A stretch of DNA of 64,000 nucleotides from Thermodesulfobacteriota bacterium (GCA_965223335.1 OZ244991.1:640001-704000), one strand, 5' to 3'. Positions 49,999-62,201 are shown, counted from the stretch's first letter. The notes: generated by a model from the sequence alone, not told the origin. Numbers and translations are program-made.

Positions 49999-52900
49999 TC
50001 AGTTGCCGCTCACACGTGCCAGATCGTTCTTGTTCTCTTCAAACGCAGCCATGAGGGCCTCGTCACCGCTAAGGCCGCTATCCTCGACCCGCTTAATAGC
50101 CTCTAACATGCGTTTGTAGTCCTTGGGCATAACCTTAACGATTTTCTTCGTGTACTCGTTCCATTTTCTTAGTATGTTCGTAGCCCTAGAGCTATCAGTA
50201 TACTCAACATGCAGTTTTATCATTTTAAGTACTTCATCGATGTCTTCTTTGTTCATTTTCTCAATATTAACCATATCGAGGTTGCACCTGGTTTCAAAAT
50301 CCCCCTGCTCATCGAGCACATACGCTACGCCTCCAGACATCCCCGCTGCGAAGTTGCGTCCCGTTGGGCCTAATATAACTACCCTGCCCCCGGTCATGTA
50401 CTCGCATCCGTGGTCACCCACACCCTCCACAACCGCACGCACTCCGCTGTTTCTAACACAGAAGCGCTCCCCGGCTATCCCTCGGATATAGGCCTCGCCC
50501 CCTGTCGCACCGTAAAACGCCACATTTCCGACTATGATGTTGTCCTCGGCCCTAAAGGTCGATCCCTTGGGCGGGTATACCACAATCTTGCCCCCCGAAA
50601 GTCCTTTCCCGATATAATCGTTCGAATCACCCTCTAGGATCATAGTCATGCACTCGGGCACAAACGCCCCGAAGCTCTGGCCGGCAGACCCGTTAAAATG
50701 GAGCCGTATGGTATCTTCCTTGAGCCCACGGGGACCGTAAATCTTAGTGATTTCGCTCCCCAGTATGGTTCCGACCGTTCTATTAACGTTCTTTATGGGT
50801 ATAATTGCCTCAACCGGCTCTGCTTTCTCTAATGTAGGTTTACATACTTCGAGCAAGACCCTATTATCAAGTGCCTCCTCCAGACCGTGATCCTGCGATA
50901 TCTGACAGTACGTTCCATAGTTGGCCGGCACATCGGGCTTATGGAGGATATCCGAGAGGTCTACCCCACTTGCCTTCCAATGATCCACAGCAGTCCTCAT
51001 CTCGAGCTTATCGGTCCTACCAATCATCTCGTTTATAGTCCTAAACCCGAGCTTTGCCATTATCTCGCGTGTTTCTTCAGCTACAAAGCGCATAAAGTTA
51101 ACCACATGCCCCGGATCCCCCGTAAATTTCTTACGTAATTCCGGGTTCTGAGTGGCAACCCCTACCGGGCAAGTATCCAGGTGACACACACGCATCATGA
51201 TGCAGCCCATCACTATCAGAGGTGCTGTAGAAAACCCGTACTCCTCAGCCCCAAGCAGTGCTGCCACCACAACGTCACGCCCCGTCTTCATCTGTCCGTC
51301 TGTCTCTAAAACTACTCTGCTCCTCAGGTTGTTTATCAAAAGTGTTTGGTGAGTCTCTGCAAGTCCAAGCTCCCATGGAAGCCCCGCATGCTGAATACTG
51401 CTCTGGGGTGATGCACCCGTACCCCCGTCAAACCCGCTTATGAGTATTACGTCGGCATGGCCCTTGGCCACACCCGCGGCGATTGTTCCTACCCCTACCT
51501 CAGAGACCAGTTTTACGTTGATCTTTGCATTCTGGTTTGCGTTTTTTAAGTCGTGAATAAGCTCCGCCAGGTCCTCAATCGAATATATGTCGTGATGGGG
51601 AGGTGGCGAGATAAGCCCCACTCCGGGTGTGGACAGCCTTACCTTAGCTATCCAGGGATAGACTTTCTTACCCGGTAACTGCCCGCCTTCACCGGGCTTT
51701 GCCCCCTGGGCTATCTTAATCTGAATCTCCTCTGAGTTCACAAGGTACTCACTAGTGACTCCGAACCTGCCCGAAGCTACCTGTTTTATGGCGCTTTTTC
51801 TCGAGTCCCCGTTCTCATCAGGTGTAAACCGGTCGGGGTCTTCTCCTCCCTCCCCGGTGTTGCTCTTACCCCCCACTCGGTTCATTGCAATTGCAAGGCT
51901 CTCGTGCGCTTCTTTACTTATGGCACCGTAAGACATCGCACCTGTCTTAAACCGCCTGGTGATAGATTCTACAGACTCCACCTCTTCGATAGGGATGGGT
52001 GTGGGGTCGTACTTAAGGCCTAGCAGTCCACGGAGAGTGGCAAGCTGTTTGGACTCGTCGTCCGCCATCTGGGAAAACTTCTTAAACTGATCAAAGTCGT
52101 TTCTGCGGCATGCACGTTGCAGGGTGTGAACAGTTTCGGGGTTATACGCGTGGTGCTCCCCACCATGACGCCACTGATAGATACCACCTTCATCGAGGGT
52201 ATCGGTCTCTACATCTCTTGTGGGAAATGCATTTTCATGACGCTTACGAATCTCTTCTGCAACCACCTCTATTCCCGCACCTTTTATTCTGGACGGAGTC
52301 CATGTGAAATATTTATCTATTAATTCTTGGCCAAGCCCTATGGCTTCAAAGATCTGCGACCCATGGTAACTGGCCACCGTGGATATGCCCATCTTGGACA
52401 TAATCTTAATAACACCCTTAACCAAGCTCTTGTTGTAATTGACCACAGCACTCTCATACTCAATGCCCACCAGCATCTCATCCTCTATCATCTTGGCTAG
52501 AGTTTCGTATGCCAAATAAGGATTTATCGCGTTCACTCCATAGCCTATTAGTAGCGCCATATGGTGCACCTCTCTGGGCTCTCCCGACTCGAGCACAAGC
52601 CCCACCTTCATCCTGTTGCCGTTTTTAATCAGGTGATGGTGCAGACCCGAACACGCCAGAAGCGCGGGTATGGGTGCCTTGTCGCTATTAACTCCCCTGT
52701 CGGAGAGCACTATAATATTTGCACCGTCTACGATTGCCTTATCGGTTGCGACAAATAGTTCGTCAAGTGCTGTCTCCAGCCCTTTTCTGCCCTGGGAAAT
52801 ATCGTAGAGTATAGGGAGAGTAGCAGTCTTAAAATGTTTGTTGTCTATGCCTTTTAGCGTATCAAGTTCGTTATCTCTAAGTATAGGGGTGTCGAGATGT

Positions 52901-54603
52901 ATTTTTCTGCAGTTCTCGGGCCTGGGGTCGAGAATGTTTAGCTGTGGGCCGAGTGTAACACACGTTGCGGTCACGATCTCTTCCCTTATAGCATCTATAG
53001 CAGGGTTTGTGACCTGCGCAAAAAGCTGCTTAAAATAATCATACAATAGCTTTGATTTGCTCGAGAGCACTGCCACAGGGGTATCCTTGCCCATAGAACC
53101 AAGCGGCTCCACTGCATTTGTGGCCATGGGGCCGAGAAGAATACGAAGGTCTTCGAATGTATATCCAAATGCCCTCTGCCTTTCAAGTACGGCATCGGGA
53201 TCTAGTGTCTCTTGTGATTCTGAGTTCTTAGAACCCACTAAATCCGACAAACTTACTATGTTGTCTTCGAGCCACTTGCCGTAAGGATGCTCATCGGCAA
53301 GTTTGCTCTTTATCTCTTCGTCCTCTACAATCCTGCCCTCGTCGGTATCTATTAGAAACATCCTGCCCGGTTGTAACCTACCCTTATACAACACATTTTC
53401 GGCAGGGACCTCAAGCACTCCGACCTCAGAACCCATTATAACCAAATCGTCTTTTGTCACGTAATACCTAGATGGCCTAAGCCCGTTGCGGTCGAGCACT
53501 GCACCGACCTTATGACCGTCTGTAAAAGCTATGGATGCAGGCCCGTCCCACGGCTCCATCAAACAGCTATGGTACTCGTAAAACGCCTTGCGTTTTTCGT
53601 CCATGCTCTCGTGGTTTGACCATGGTTCCGGGATCATCATCATCACAGCATGCTCTATAGGACGACCCGTAAGTGTCAGAAACTCTACACAGTTATCAAA
53701 ATTGGCCGAATCACTGCCCTCGGGCGCAATAACGGGGTATATCTTCTTTAGGTCCTCTCCGAACAGATCGGTCTCTAGAATAGCCTCTCTGGCGTGCATC
53801 CAGTTCGTGTTGCCGCGCAGTGTGTTGATCTCGCCGTTATGAATAACGTAACGGTAGGGATGGGAGCGGTCCCAGCTAGGGAATGTATTGGTGCTGAAAC
53901 GAGAGTGTACAAGCCCAATAGCGCTCTCCATGTCTTGGTCCTTAAGGTCCGGGTAGTAATCCTCAAGCTGCCAAGTCGTCAGCATTCCCTTGTAAACAAT
54001 GGTTTTGTACGAGAGGCTCGGTATATAGAAGTAATCGCCGCCTTTTACCCCTGCAAACCTTATCTCATTGGCGGCTCTTTTTCTAATTACCAGCAGTTTA
54101 CGCTCAAATGCCATTCCGTCTGTCATATCCGACGGCCTTTTGATAAACACCTGGCTCATAAACGGCTCGCAGGATTTAGCCGTCTCACCAAGCGATGAAT
54201 TGTCGGTCGGCACATCCCTCCAACCGACTATGGATAAGCCCTCTTGGGCAACTATATCTTCAAATTTAGCAATACAGTTCTCTCGTTCAGTCCTGCTGGG
54301 TGGTAAAAATACCGATCCTATGCCGTAATCGCCCTCTGATGGGAGTGTAAAACCCGAATCTGCCGTTACCTTTTCAAAAAACTTGTGCGGTATTTGAAAC
54401 AGTATGCCCGCACCGTCACCCGTGTTGGGCTCACAACCGCAAGCCCCCCTATGCTCTAAGTTCACAAGCACGCTTAGTGCGTTACGTATAATATCGTAGG
54501 ATTTCTGGCCTTTAATATTTACAACAAACCCTATTCCGCATGAGTCGTGTTCGAAAGCTGGGTCATATAACCCCTGTTTTGGAGGATATCCTATGGGCTT
54601 CAT
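49999..54603 (-). CDS. gltB: Glutamate synthase large subunit
   Basis: EHDSCGIG (catalytic Cys), [24 protein letters not shown] and [12 protein letters not shown] motifs; GXGXG C-terminal domain. Confidence 0.98.
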   Translation of the reverse strand: MKPIGYPPKQGLYDPAFEHDSCGIGFVVNIKGQKSYDIIRNALSVLVNLEHRGACGCEPNTGDGAGILFQIPHKFFEKVTADSGFTLPSEGDYGIGSVFLPPSRTERENCIAKFEDIVAQEGLSIVGWRDVPTDNSSLGETAKSCEPFMSQVFIKRPSDMTDGMAFERKLLVIRKRAANEIRFAGVKGGDYFYIPSLSYKTIVYKGMLTTWQLEDYYPDLKDQDMESAIGLVHSRFSTNTFPSWDRSHPYRYVIHNGEINTLRGNTNWMHAREAILETDLFGEDLKKIYPVIAPEGSDSANFDNCVEFLTLTGRPIEHAVMMMIPEPWSNHESMDEKRKAFYEYHSCLMEPWDGPASIAFTDGHKVGAVLDRNGLRPSRYYVTKDDLVIMGSEVGVLEVPAENVLYKGRLQPGRMFLIDTDEGRIVEDEEIKSKLADEHPYGKWLEDNIVSLSDLVGSKNSESQETLDPDAVLERQRAFGYTFEDLRILLGPMATNAVEPLGSMGKDTPVAVLSSKSKLLYDYFKQLFAQVTNPAIDAIREEIVTATCVTLGPQLNILDPRPENCRKIHLDTPILRDNELDTLKGIDNKHFKTATLPILYDISQGRKGLETALDELFVATDKAIVDGANIIVLSDRGVNSDKAPIPALLACSGLHHHLIKNGNRMKVGLVLESGEPREVHHMALLIGYGVNAINPYLAYETLAKMIEDEMLVGIEYESAVVNYNKSLVKGVIKIMSKMGISTVASYHGSQIFEAIGLGQELIDKYFTWTPSRIKGAGIEVVAEEIRKRHENAFPTRDVETDTLDEGGIYQWRHGGEHHAYNPETVHTLQRACRRNDFDQFKKFSQMADDESKQLATLRGLLGLKYDPTPIPIEEVESVESITRRFKTGAMSYGAISKEAHESLAIAMNRVGGKSNTGEGGEDPDRFTPDENGDSRKSAIKQVASGRFGVTSEYLVNSEEIQIKIAQGAKPGEGGQLPGKKVYPWIAKVRLSTPGVGLISPPPHHDIYSIEDLAELIHDLKNANQNAKINVKLVSEVGVGTIAAGVAKGHADVILISGFDGGTGASPQSSIQHAGLPWELGLAETHQTLLINNLRSRVVLETDGQMKTGRDVVVAALLGAEEYGFSTAPLIVMGCIMMRVCHLDTCPVGVATQNPELRKKFTGDPGHVVNFMRFVAEETREIMAKLGFRTINEMIGRTDKLEMRTAVDHWKASGVDLSDILHKPDVPANYGTYCQISQDHGLEEALDNRVLLEVCKPTLEKAEPVEAIIPIKNVNRTVGTILGSEITKIYGPRGLKEDTIRLHFNGSAGQSFGAFVPECMTMILEGDSNDYIGKGLSGGKIVVYPPKGSTFRAEDNIIVGNVAFYGATGGEAYIRGIAGERFCVRNSGVRAVVEGVGDHGCEYMTGGRVVILGPTGRNFAAGMSGGVAYVLDEQGDFETRCNLDMVNIEKMNKEDIDEVLKMIKLHVEYTDSSRATNILRKWNEYTKKIVKVMPKDYKRMLEAIKRVEDSGLSGDEALMAAFEENKNDLARVSGN

Positions 54604-54859
54604 AATAACACCGTCCTACCTGTACCGATTATAAATGAATTTACCTTTGGTAACACAGGATTGACGCATCAAACCACTGCACAACCATTATAACAGTCCA
54701 AGAGAATAGTCACAAGTTACAATCGGTTACGTCAATATCTATCAACCCCGAACGGCTATTATACCATAAAAACCCAGCTCTATCACCCCGGGCGGCCCAA
54801 ACCGCTGATGAGCTACTCCGTGCACATAGCTTTCACATCAACTGATTGGTTGAAAGGGG

Positions 54860-56605
54860 TTATGAGCGTGAATATAGGTTGGTTATAGGGAAGCGCCGGT
54901 CCTTGCCGAACGCCCTGGCCGTGATCTTAACACCCGGGGGAGCCTGTCTGCGCTTATACTCGTTTAGATCCACCATCCTGACAACATCGTTTACTATTTT
55001 CTTATCATACCCCGCAGATATGATTTCCTGGAGGCTAAGGTCGTCTTCTACATAGGCCTTCAAAATAGGGTCTAGGATCTCATAAGGCGGCAGCGAATCG
55101 GTGTCTTTTTGATCGGGTCTAAGCTCCGCAGACGGGGGCTTATCGATGATCGACTGAGGGATAATTTTTTTGCCTTTAGAATCGTTATAGAAATTACAGA
55201 GCTCGTATACCATCGTTTTCGGCACATCTTTTATTACCGCATACCCCCCAGCGAGGTCGCCATAAAGCGTGCAATAACCTACACTTAGCTCGCTCTTGTT
55301 CCCCGTAGCAAGTACAAGCCACCCAAAACGGTTTGAGAGCGCCATCAACAGATTGCCGCGTATCCTGGCCTGCAGGTTTTCCTCTGTCAGCCCATCCACA
55401 TCTATCAATGTTTTATTATCGAAAGCCTTTAAATAAGAGGCTAGAATGGTACTGATCGGAAGCTCGATCAGCTCTATACCAAGATTTTTTGATAAGAGCA
55501 CAGCATCGGTCTTGCTTCCTTTAGAGCTGTATGGTGAGGGCATCGAGACCCCAATAACGTTACGCTTCCCCAGTGCCTCGACCGCGATTGCAGCCACAAG
55601 TGCCGAGTCAATACCCCCGCTAAGTCCTATCACTACCTTTTTAAACCCGTTTTTACCTACATAGTCCCTTGTAGCCAATACCAGCGCATCCAAAACCTCC
55701 TGCTCCAATGACTTAAAGGGTGTTATGCTTGCCGGTTTCTTGATTTTTGGAGGTTTAGCCTTCTTGGTGAGTTTGGGCAGAGCAATAATTTCGGCATTCC
55801 CGTATTTTTGACGGAGCTCTTGTTTTTCCTTCCTTCGTCTAGGGTCATGGAGCCTAGACCTAAATATGCGGTTGGTAGTGATTTCACAAACCAAAAGCTC
55901 CTCGGCAAACCCCGAGGCCCGCGCCAATATAGTGCCCCGCTCACTTATCACGGCACTGTGGCCGTCAAATACGAGTTCATCCTGCCCCCCTACCGTATTA
56001 CAGAACACCACTATTGAGGAATAATCCTTTGCTCTGGTCTTAAGCATCCGCTCCCGGGACTGTACCTTGGAGGCATAATAAGGTGATGACGACACGTTAA
56101 TTATGATATGGGCATCACCCAACACGGCCTGCATACGTGTGGGATCGCCGGGGTACCATATGTCTTCACAAATATTTAGGCCGAATATCAGATTGCCGAT
56201 CTTGTATACCGGGGTCCTAAACCCTGATTGAAAATACCTGTTTTCGTCAAATACCCCATAGTTAGGCAGGTATTGCTTATGATATATATCGACCAGTTTC
56301 TTGTTGTGCAGCACTGCGGCAGCGTTATAAATATCCTCTTTCTTATTGGCAAACCCCACAATGACCGTTATGCCAGCGGTGGCCTTTTGGATCTGTTTGA
56401 GTGCCTTAATGTTGTCTTCAATGAATTTGGGTTTAAGCAGCAGGTCTTCCGGGGGGTAGCCCGTTATGGCAAGCTCGGGGAAACAGAGTATATCCACACC
56501 CTTAGCCCTCGCCTCCTTTATATAGCGGGTGATCTTAGACAGATTCCCCCCTATATCCCCAACACAGCTATTAATTTGTGCTAGCCCAACTCGGACCTTA
56601 TCCAT
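54860..56605 (-). CDS. nadE: Glutamine-dependent NAD+ synthetase
   Basis: Nitrilase domain (FPEL, K-x-x-LPNY, ICEDIW) plus SGGIDS, ENLQARIR and PPSAEL motifs. Confidence 0.97.
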   Translation of the reverse strand: MDKVRVGLAQINSCVGDIGGNLSKITRYIKEARAKGVDILCFPELAITGYPPEDLLLKPKFIEDNIKALKQIQKATAGITVIVGFANKKEDIYNAAAVLHNKKLVDIYHKQYLPNYGVFDENRYFQSGFRTPVYKIGNLIFGLNICEDIWYPGDPTRMQAVLGDAHIIINVSSSPYYASKVQSRERMLKTRAKDYSSIVVFCNTVGGQDELVFDGHSAVISERGTILARASGFAEELLVCEITTNRIFRSRLHDPRRRKEKQELRQKYGNAEIIALPKLTKKAKPPKIKKPASITPFKSLEQEVLDALVLATRDYVGKNGFKKVVIGLSGGIDSALVAAIAVEALGKRNVIGVSMPSPYSSKGSKTDAVLLSKNLGIELIELPISTILASYLKAFDNKTLIDVDGLTEENLQARIRGNLLMALSNRFGWLVLATGNKSELSVGYCTLYGDLAGGYAVIKDVPKTMVYELCNFYNDSKGKKIIPQSIIDKPPSAELRPDQKDTDSLPPYEILDPILKAYVEDDLSLQEIISAGYDKKIVNDVVRMVDLNEYKRRQAPPGVKITARAFGKDRRFPITNLYSRS

Positions 56606-56718
56606 ATCATAAACCTCTTTAAAGACAATAATAATACTTTAACAGTTGTTACGCTATAGTAAAAATTTATTATTAATAAAGGGTTAACTATAGATCGAGA
56701 GATTCTAATAAAGTCCAA

Positions 56719-57330
56719 TCAAGACAGATAGGTCGAAATATGCACAATATTGGCCAGAAAATGGAATATGATGCTCGACCAGAGCGATCTTGTGCGAAGG
56801 TATAGATATCCCATTACAAGGGACGGAAAAAATGTTAAAAGGCTCTGCACGCATAGCCCCATATCGTGCGAGCCCCAAAGACACACGGTAATAAAATGCC
56901 CTATTGCAAAGAGCACGCTTACTATGACCACAGCCTTTATGTTGTCGCCTAATCTACTCTGCAGATAACCCCTGAAAAAAAACTCCTCGGGCAGCGCTAC
57001 CAGCAATAACTGAGTCAACAGAAAGGACAACGATAAACTATTAATTGAGATGGACTTATCCGTGTATTTACCGATTAATGCCAAGCATGCTAAATATATT
57101 GCCAGGATTACAACCGATGCTACTATGCCTATGACAATACCCCTTGCACTAAACTTAAGCCCTCCAACATCGGCGTGCAATAGATAGGGTATAAGCAGCA
57201 TCAATATCCCCGCAAACGACACCACATAGCCCCAGGGCAGAAACTGTCTCATAGCCACAACGGCAATTATGAGAAACAGATAAGCCCCAACAGGGACTAT
57301 ATACCTTTTGTTAAATATTGATTCAGTCAT
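56719..57330 (-). CDS. CPBP (CAAX/Abi) glutamic-type intramembrane protease, myxosortase-like
   Basis: ALPEEFFFRGYLQ (EExxxR), FAIGH, TFFPSLVMGYL and HFLAN motifs; start placed at ATG 57330, 16 nt after the upstream gene. Confidence 0.85.
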   Translation of the reverse strand: MTESIFNKRYIVPVGAYLFLIIAVVAMRQFLPWGYVVSFAGILMLLIPYLLHADVGGLKFSARGIVIGIVASVVILAIYLACLALIGKYTDKSISINSLSLSFLLTQLLLVALPEEFFFRGYLQSRLGDNIKAVVIVSVLFAIGHFITVCLWGSHDMGLCVQSLLTFFPSLVMGYLYLRTRSLWSSIIFHFLANIVHISTYLS

Positions 57331-57346
57331 AGGATAAGTGATAAGG

Positions 57347-58573
57347 TTAATACAGTATGTACTTCTCAAATATATTGATCATCAACACTCCCCATATATT
57401 TACAATAATCCCGATACATATCAAAACCTTGTGATACCACTTAATACTATCCCCGATACCCCTAACAGTCAGAAGCAGTAGAAACGGATAGAAATCCATC
57501 GCATACCTATAACCGAATTGTGTCCATCCCGTCCCGCTCTTAAAGAATATAAGAATAGCTACTGGGATGATCGCTAGCCAGCACGCGATAGCCAACCGGT
57601 TTTTAATGCCGGCGAAAAATGCAAATATGAATGCAGGTGTAGTAAACAGGATCGACAACCCCACTTTTGTCGGCACTATATAAGGGGGTTTGTCTATTAA
57701 CACGGGAGGCTGGACCAAAAACACATAGAGGTGGTACTTGATATACGACAGGTCGAAGAGCCCCTTGTTGAACCAGGGCGAGACCTTTTCCTTACTCTCC
57801 GATATCTGATGCAATGAATAGGCAACATCAAAAGGGCTCCCGAACCGAAAATAGTTATAGCAGAAATTGAGTACTACAAACACCCCCACTCCAAGGCCTA
57901 AATACAGAAGGGGTTTTAATCTTACCCTGCTAATAATCGATCCCTCACCCCCCGAATCGAACCACCTGGGATATAGCATTACTATAAAAAACGGCAGGGT
58001 GAGAACCATAGGGATCCTAGACCAATACGCCGCACCCAGCAATAGCCCTATGACCAGCGGCCTCGCCTTATCGAACGTCTCAAAGATAGCCAGTACAAGA
58101 AAAAACAGCGCTACAATCTGTGCAAAGTACCAAACAGAACCCACAGTAGCAACGTACCAATGTATTGTCCCGAAACCGAACATGGCCGTGATCCAAAGCT
58201 GGATCCATCTGTTTTGTGTGAGCTTGCGCATGAGCAGATACACTGCGGACACAGTAAACCCAGCTACTAGGAACGAAGCCGTTACCTGGCTGTATTCAAG
58301 CCCCCAAATAGCTACAAAAGGCGTTAGTAACACAGCAGGCATCGGGGGGTAGATAACATAATTCTTACCTTGATATGAGATTAACTCCTCAAAGAAAAAC
58401 GGTGTGTCTATAACATAGAGACGCCCATGAATAAATGCATCGGCAAGGTAGATAAAGTAGTTAAACGGGTTTGGAAACTTGGGCTGGGTTAACCAGTAAA
58501 CGAAAAACGAGAGCACAAAAATACCCGAAGCAATGACAAGATGCCTGTTCTCCTCATGAATAAGTCCTTTCAT
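57347..58573 (-). CDS. Polytopic membrane protein, probable GT-C glycosyltransferase (paralog of 59889-61121)
   Basis: Many TM segments; LADAFIHGRLY, YPPMPA and GWTQFGYRYAMDFYPFL motifs. Confidence 0.65.
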   Translation of the reverse strand: MKGLIHEENRHLVIASGIFVLSFFVYWLTQPKFPNPFNYFIYLADAFIHGRLYVIDTPFFFEELISYQGKNYVIYPPMPAVLLTPFVAIWGLEYSQVTASFLVAGFTVSAVYLLMRKLTQNRWIQLWITAMFGFGTIHWYVATVGSVWYFAQIVALFFLVLAIFETFDKARPLVIGLLLGAAYWSRIPMVLTLPFFIVMLYPRWFDSGGEGSIISRVRLKPLLYLGLGVGVFVVLNFCYNYFRFGSPFDVAYSLHQISESKEKVSPWFNKGLFDLSYIKYHLYVFLVQPPVLIDKPPYIVPTKVGLSILFTTPAFIFAFFAGIKNRLAIACWLAIIPVAILIFFKSGTGWTQFGYRYAMDFYPFLLLLTVRGIGDSIKWYHKVLICIGIIVNIWGVLMINIFEKYILY

Positions 58574-58739
58574 AAACGTATCCGGTGTTTATACTCCGAT
58601 CGGTCGCTGTGCTAAAATGTTTATTGAGAGATTTAGTTAATTAATCCCAGCTCCTAAAGCAGTTATTCTACAGTATATGCAGTCGGAGCTCATTAGGTCA
58701 AGAACACAGTTGACTTTGGGCTCTAAGGAATGATAGATT

Positions 58740-59864
58740 ATGGAACCGCGAGAGCATATGGAACCCAGACGAACTCAATTAGAGCTGGCAGTAGTCGTTA
58801 TAGTATCGATTATCGCCACATATATAGTTGCCTATTTCTCATACATACTCATAAAAAATGAATACCCGTCCAGCCTTTACTCGTTTTGGTTACGTTGGGA
58901 CACACAGCACTACCTCGAGATTGCAAAGGAATGGTACTCAAGCTCCACAGTAGACGAGCGTCACCTCCATATTGTATTTTTCCCGCTCTACCCAAGCTTG
59001 GTGAAACTGTTTTCATACATTACAGGGGGCGATTACCTGCTGGCGGGGCTCATTGTGTCCAACATCGCATACGCATTTTGCGCTTACTATATCTATAAAC
59101 TGGTGCGGTTGGACTTTGATGACGATGTAGCATGGAAATCCGTCATATTTCTATCTATCTTTCCCACTGCCTACTTCTTCCATGCGGCTTACACCGAGAG
59201 TTTATTCATCGCGCTAACGATAGCTAGCTTCTACTATGCAAGGGTCGGGAAATGGTGGCTTGTCGGTGTGCTGGCAATGCTTGCCACTCTGACACGCATT
59301 ACAGGTGTGCTTCTGTTCCCCGCACTAGTCATAGAGTATTTGGCTCAAAGGAATTTCAAGCTCAACACTATAAAAAAAGATGTGTTGTGGTTAGGACTCA
59401 TAGGTGTGGGGTTTGGGATCTACCTGCTCATAAACTACGATGTGTATGGTGACCCCCTTGCATTCCTCACTATCCAAAAAGAACACTGGTCCAAGTCCCT
59501 CGGACTCCCGTCAAAGGGCTTCCTCTACGCCTTGGGCAGCATTTCCTGGCGCCCCCCGGGAGACGGACTTTTAGCAGGGGGGTTCGAGATCGGTTTCGCA
59601 GTCCTTGCATTTGCGCTTACTATCTATTCATTTTTTAGATTGAGGCTATCGTACAGTGTATACATGCTTCTTACGCTGATTATTGTTACCTCTACAAAGT
59701 TCTGGCTCAGTATCCCCAGATACACACTGGCAATGTTCCCCATTTTCATACTACTCGCACTCCTGGGACGGCGAAGGGAGATTAACTTCACCATTACCTT
59801 TATCTCGCTACTGCTATACACACTGTTTATCACGAGGCTTGTACAGTGGCAGTGGGCATTTTGA
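58740..59864 (+). CDS. PIG-V-like (GT76/Mannosyl_trans2) GT-C mannosyltransferase
   Basis: RWDTQHYLEIA, VFFPLYP, FPTAYFF...YTESLF and SIPRY motifs. Confidence 0.75.
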   Translation: MEPREHMEPRRTQLELAVVVIVSIIATYIVAYFSYILIKNEYPSSLYSFWLRWDTQHYLEIAKEWYSSSTVDERHLHIVFFPLYPSLVKLFSYITGGDYLLAGLIVSNIAYAFCAYYIYKLVRLDFDDDVAWKSVIFLSIFPTAYFFHAAYTESLFIALTIASFYYARVGKWWLVGVLAMLATLTRITGVLLFPALVIEYLAQRNFKLNTIKKDVLWLGLIGVGFGIYLLINYDVYGDPLAFLTIQKEHWSKSLGLPSKGFLYALGSISWRPPGDGLLAGGFEIGFAVLAFALTIYSFFRLRLSYSVYMLLTLIIVTSTKFWLSIPRYTLAMFPIFILLALLGRRREINFTITFISLLLYTLFITRLVQWQWAF

Positions 59865-59888
59865 TTCTATAGAGAGGGTTCGGGGGAT

Positions 59889-61121
59889 TTAATCCCAGAG
59901 ACTAACGTATCCTAGCTTATTTATCATTATTACACCCCACAAATTAACAAGGATGCCGAATATAATAAGCGCCTTAATATCCCATCTAATTGAATCCGAG
60001 CCCTTTATGCTCTTCTCGATCCCAAGCGCGGTAAGAACGAGTAAAAACGGATAGAAATCCACTGCATAGCGGTATCCAAACATCATCCAGCCCGTACCCC
60101 CGTGCAAAAATGCGACAAGGGCTATGGGAACTATCGCTGCCCAGCACGCAAGCGCCTGCTTATTCCGTATCCCTGCAAACACCGAGTATATAAACGCAGG
60201 GGTCGTAAAGAGTATCGACATGCCCATAAACGAGGGCTGTACATAGGGATACTCTCGCAGAAAAATAGGCGGCTTTAGAAAAAATACCCAGAGGTGTTGT
60301 GGAACATAGGATATGTGGAATAAGCCCTTGGGGTACCACCAGGGCTCCCTCTTTGACTGTATCTCATAAGCGATGTCAGAGAATGTATCAAACCTAAGAT
60401 AGTTGTATAAAAAGTTCATAAGAATGAATATCCCCACACCCACTCCGAGCTTTATCAATGGTGAGAGGCGTATCCGTTTTATGAGCGACTGTTCATCACC
60501 CCTATACCACAAATCAGAGAGCATTATTAGGAAAAAGGGCATTGAGAGCACTGTCGGTAGACGGGACCAAAACGAAGCACCTATAAGCAGACCTATTAAT
60601 AGAGGCCTTCGTTTCCCATAGGTCTCAAACACAGCAAGTATTAAAAAGAGAAATGACGAAACCTGTGCAAAGAACCAGGCCTTACCCACGCTGGCCAGGT
60701 ACCAGTATATAGAGCCCAGACCAAACATTACCGCAATCCATATAGGCAGTGCTTTGTGCTTAACGACACGCCTCATTGTTAAGTACACAATTGCCACGCT
60801 CAGGCTTGCCCAGAAAACCGATGCGAGTGTTTGATTGGCCTCCCACCCATGTAATGCGACCTGGGGCAGCAGCAATAGAGCAGGCACGGGCGGGTATATA
60901 ACAAAATACTTGCCGTTAATCTCAAGAAGCTCGTTTAGCCAATTGGGACCCTCGAGCAAATAAAGGCGGCCGTGTAAAAACGCATCGGCCAGCGGAACAA
61001 AATAGTGATAGGGAGTGGGCTTCCCCTCCCCGGTGAAATAATAGACTACGAACGTTACAACAAAAATGGCAAGTGCAACTAATATATACGGACGATTTTG
61101 AAATACGGCCGGCAGTTTCAT
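59889..61121 (-). CDS. Polytopic membrane protein, probable GT-C glycosyltransferase (paralog of 57347-58573)
   Basis: LADAFLHGRLY, YPPVPA and GWMMFGYRYAVDFYPFL motifs; colinear with the paralog. Confidence 0.65.
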   Translation of the reverse strand: MKLPAVFQNRPYILVALAIFVVTFVVYYFTGEGKPTPYHYFVPLADAFLHGRLYLLEGPNWLNELLEINGKYFVIYPPVPALLLLPQVALHGWEANQTLASVFWASLSVAIVYLTMRRVVKHKALPIWIAVMFGLGSIYWYLASVGKAWFFAQVSSFLFLILAVFETYGKRRPLLIGLLIGASFWSRLPTVLSMPFFLIMLSDLWYRGDEQSLIKRIRLSPLIKLGVGVGIFILMNFLYNYLRFDTFSDIAYEIQSKREPWWYPKGLFHISYVPQHLWVFFLKPPIFLREYPYVQPSFMGMSILFTTPAFIYSVFAGIRNKQALACWAAIVPIALVAFLHGGTGWMMFGYRYAVDFYPFLLVLTALGIEKSIKGSDSIRWDIKALIIFGILVNLWGVIMINKLGYVSLWD

Positions 61122-61201
61122 ATGTGTATTGTGTTATACAAGGGTTAATAAAGCACTCAGCACTGGCATTATATCCACGAAGAAACCTAAGTCAACAGGG
61201 C

Positions 61202-62182
61202 TCATCTGTTTTTAGTTTTAGAAGTCTTACGTACAGCGGGGTGGTAGTTTTTAACAAAATAGAGCGGCCTTCTCTTCGTTTCGTCAAACACTCTGCCCAG
61301 GTACTCACCTATGATCCCGATTGTAATAAGCTGCACGCCCCCAATAAATAATATAGCAGCCATGAGTGAGGGGTAGCCTGGCACTGGGTCGCCGAACAAA
61401 ATCTTTTTTACTATCACGACCCCTGCAAAGATGAATGCTACCAGAGCAGTGAATATACCTAGATATGTAGCGATCTTAAGCGGCAGCAAAGAGAACGATG
61501 TGATTGCCTCAATTGCCAGATTCCAGAGGCTTAGGTAATTCCATTTTGTTTTGCCGGAGTATCTTTTGTCTGGGGTGTAGGGTATAGCCTTCTGTGAGAA
61601 GCCTATCCAGGAAAATAGCCCCTTCATGAACCTGTGCTGCTCTCGGATCCGTAGCAAGGCGTCAAGAGCACTACGACTTAGCAACCTGTAGTCACTGGAA
61701 TTATGCGAGATCTCTACCGTCCCCATCTTGCCCAATATGCTGTAGAACATGTTTGTAAAGAACCTTTTTACCGGAGTCTCGTCTTCTCTCGTGGACCTAA
61801 CGGCGTACACGACGTCAACTCCCCCCTCCCAGTTCTCGATTAACTCCGGGATCAGTTCCGGGGGGTGCTGTAGGTCGGCATCTATGGTGATGGTCGCGTC
61901 CCCCTCCGCGTGGTCAAGCCCCGCTGTGAGTGCGATTTCCTTGCCAAAATTTCGGCTGAGCTCTATTATTGCCACTCTAGGGTCTGACTTTTTTAGTAAC
62001 TCAAGCACACCGAGCGTATTGTCGGTGCTGCCGTCATCAACATAAACTACCTCAAAATCATGTTTAACACTGTCAACCACGTCGGTTAGTCGCTTATGCA
62101 ACTCCTCGAGCACATCCTGCTCATTATATGCGGGTATAACGATAGAAATTAGCATTTTCTCTATATTAACATACAGTCCCAA
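61202..62182 (-). CDS. GtrB/ArnC-like polyprenyl-phosphate glycosyltransferase (GT2)
   Basis: IVIPAYNE, VDDGSTD, SRNFGKE and DADLQHPPE motifs; two C-terminal TMs then GEYLGR...RPLY. Alternative start ATG 62155. Confidence 0.92.
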   Translation of the reverse strand: MGLYVNIEKMLISIVIPAYNEQDVLEELHKRLTDVVDSVKHDFEVVYVDDGSTDNTLGVLELLKKSDPRVAIIELSRNFGKEIALTAGLDHAEGDATITIDADLQHPPELIPELIENWEGGVDVVYAVRSTREDETPVKRFFTNMFYSILGKMGTVEISHNSSDYRLLSRSALDALLRIREQHRFMKGLFSWIGFSQKAIPYTPDKRYSGKTKWNYLSLWNLAIEAITSFSLLPLKIATYLGIFTALVAFIFAGVVIVKKILFGDPVPGYPSLMAAILFIGGVQLITIGIIGEYLGRVFDETKRRPLYFVKNYHPAVRKTSKTKNR

Positions 62183-62201
62183 TACCTAGCCGTGCTGTGT
62201 A

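Noticed and set aside
54805..54840. CTGATGA followed by a GCTA...TAGC stem, like a hammerhead ribozyme core
   Set aside because: The stem is followed by TTTC, not the required GAAA; on the other strand the elements are in the wrong order.
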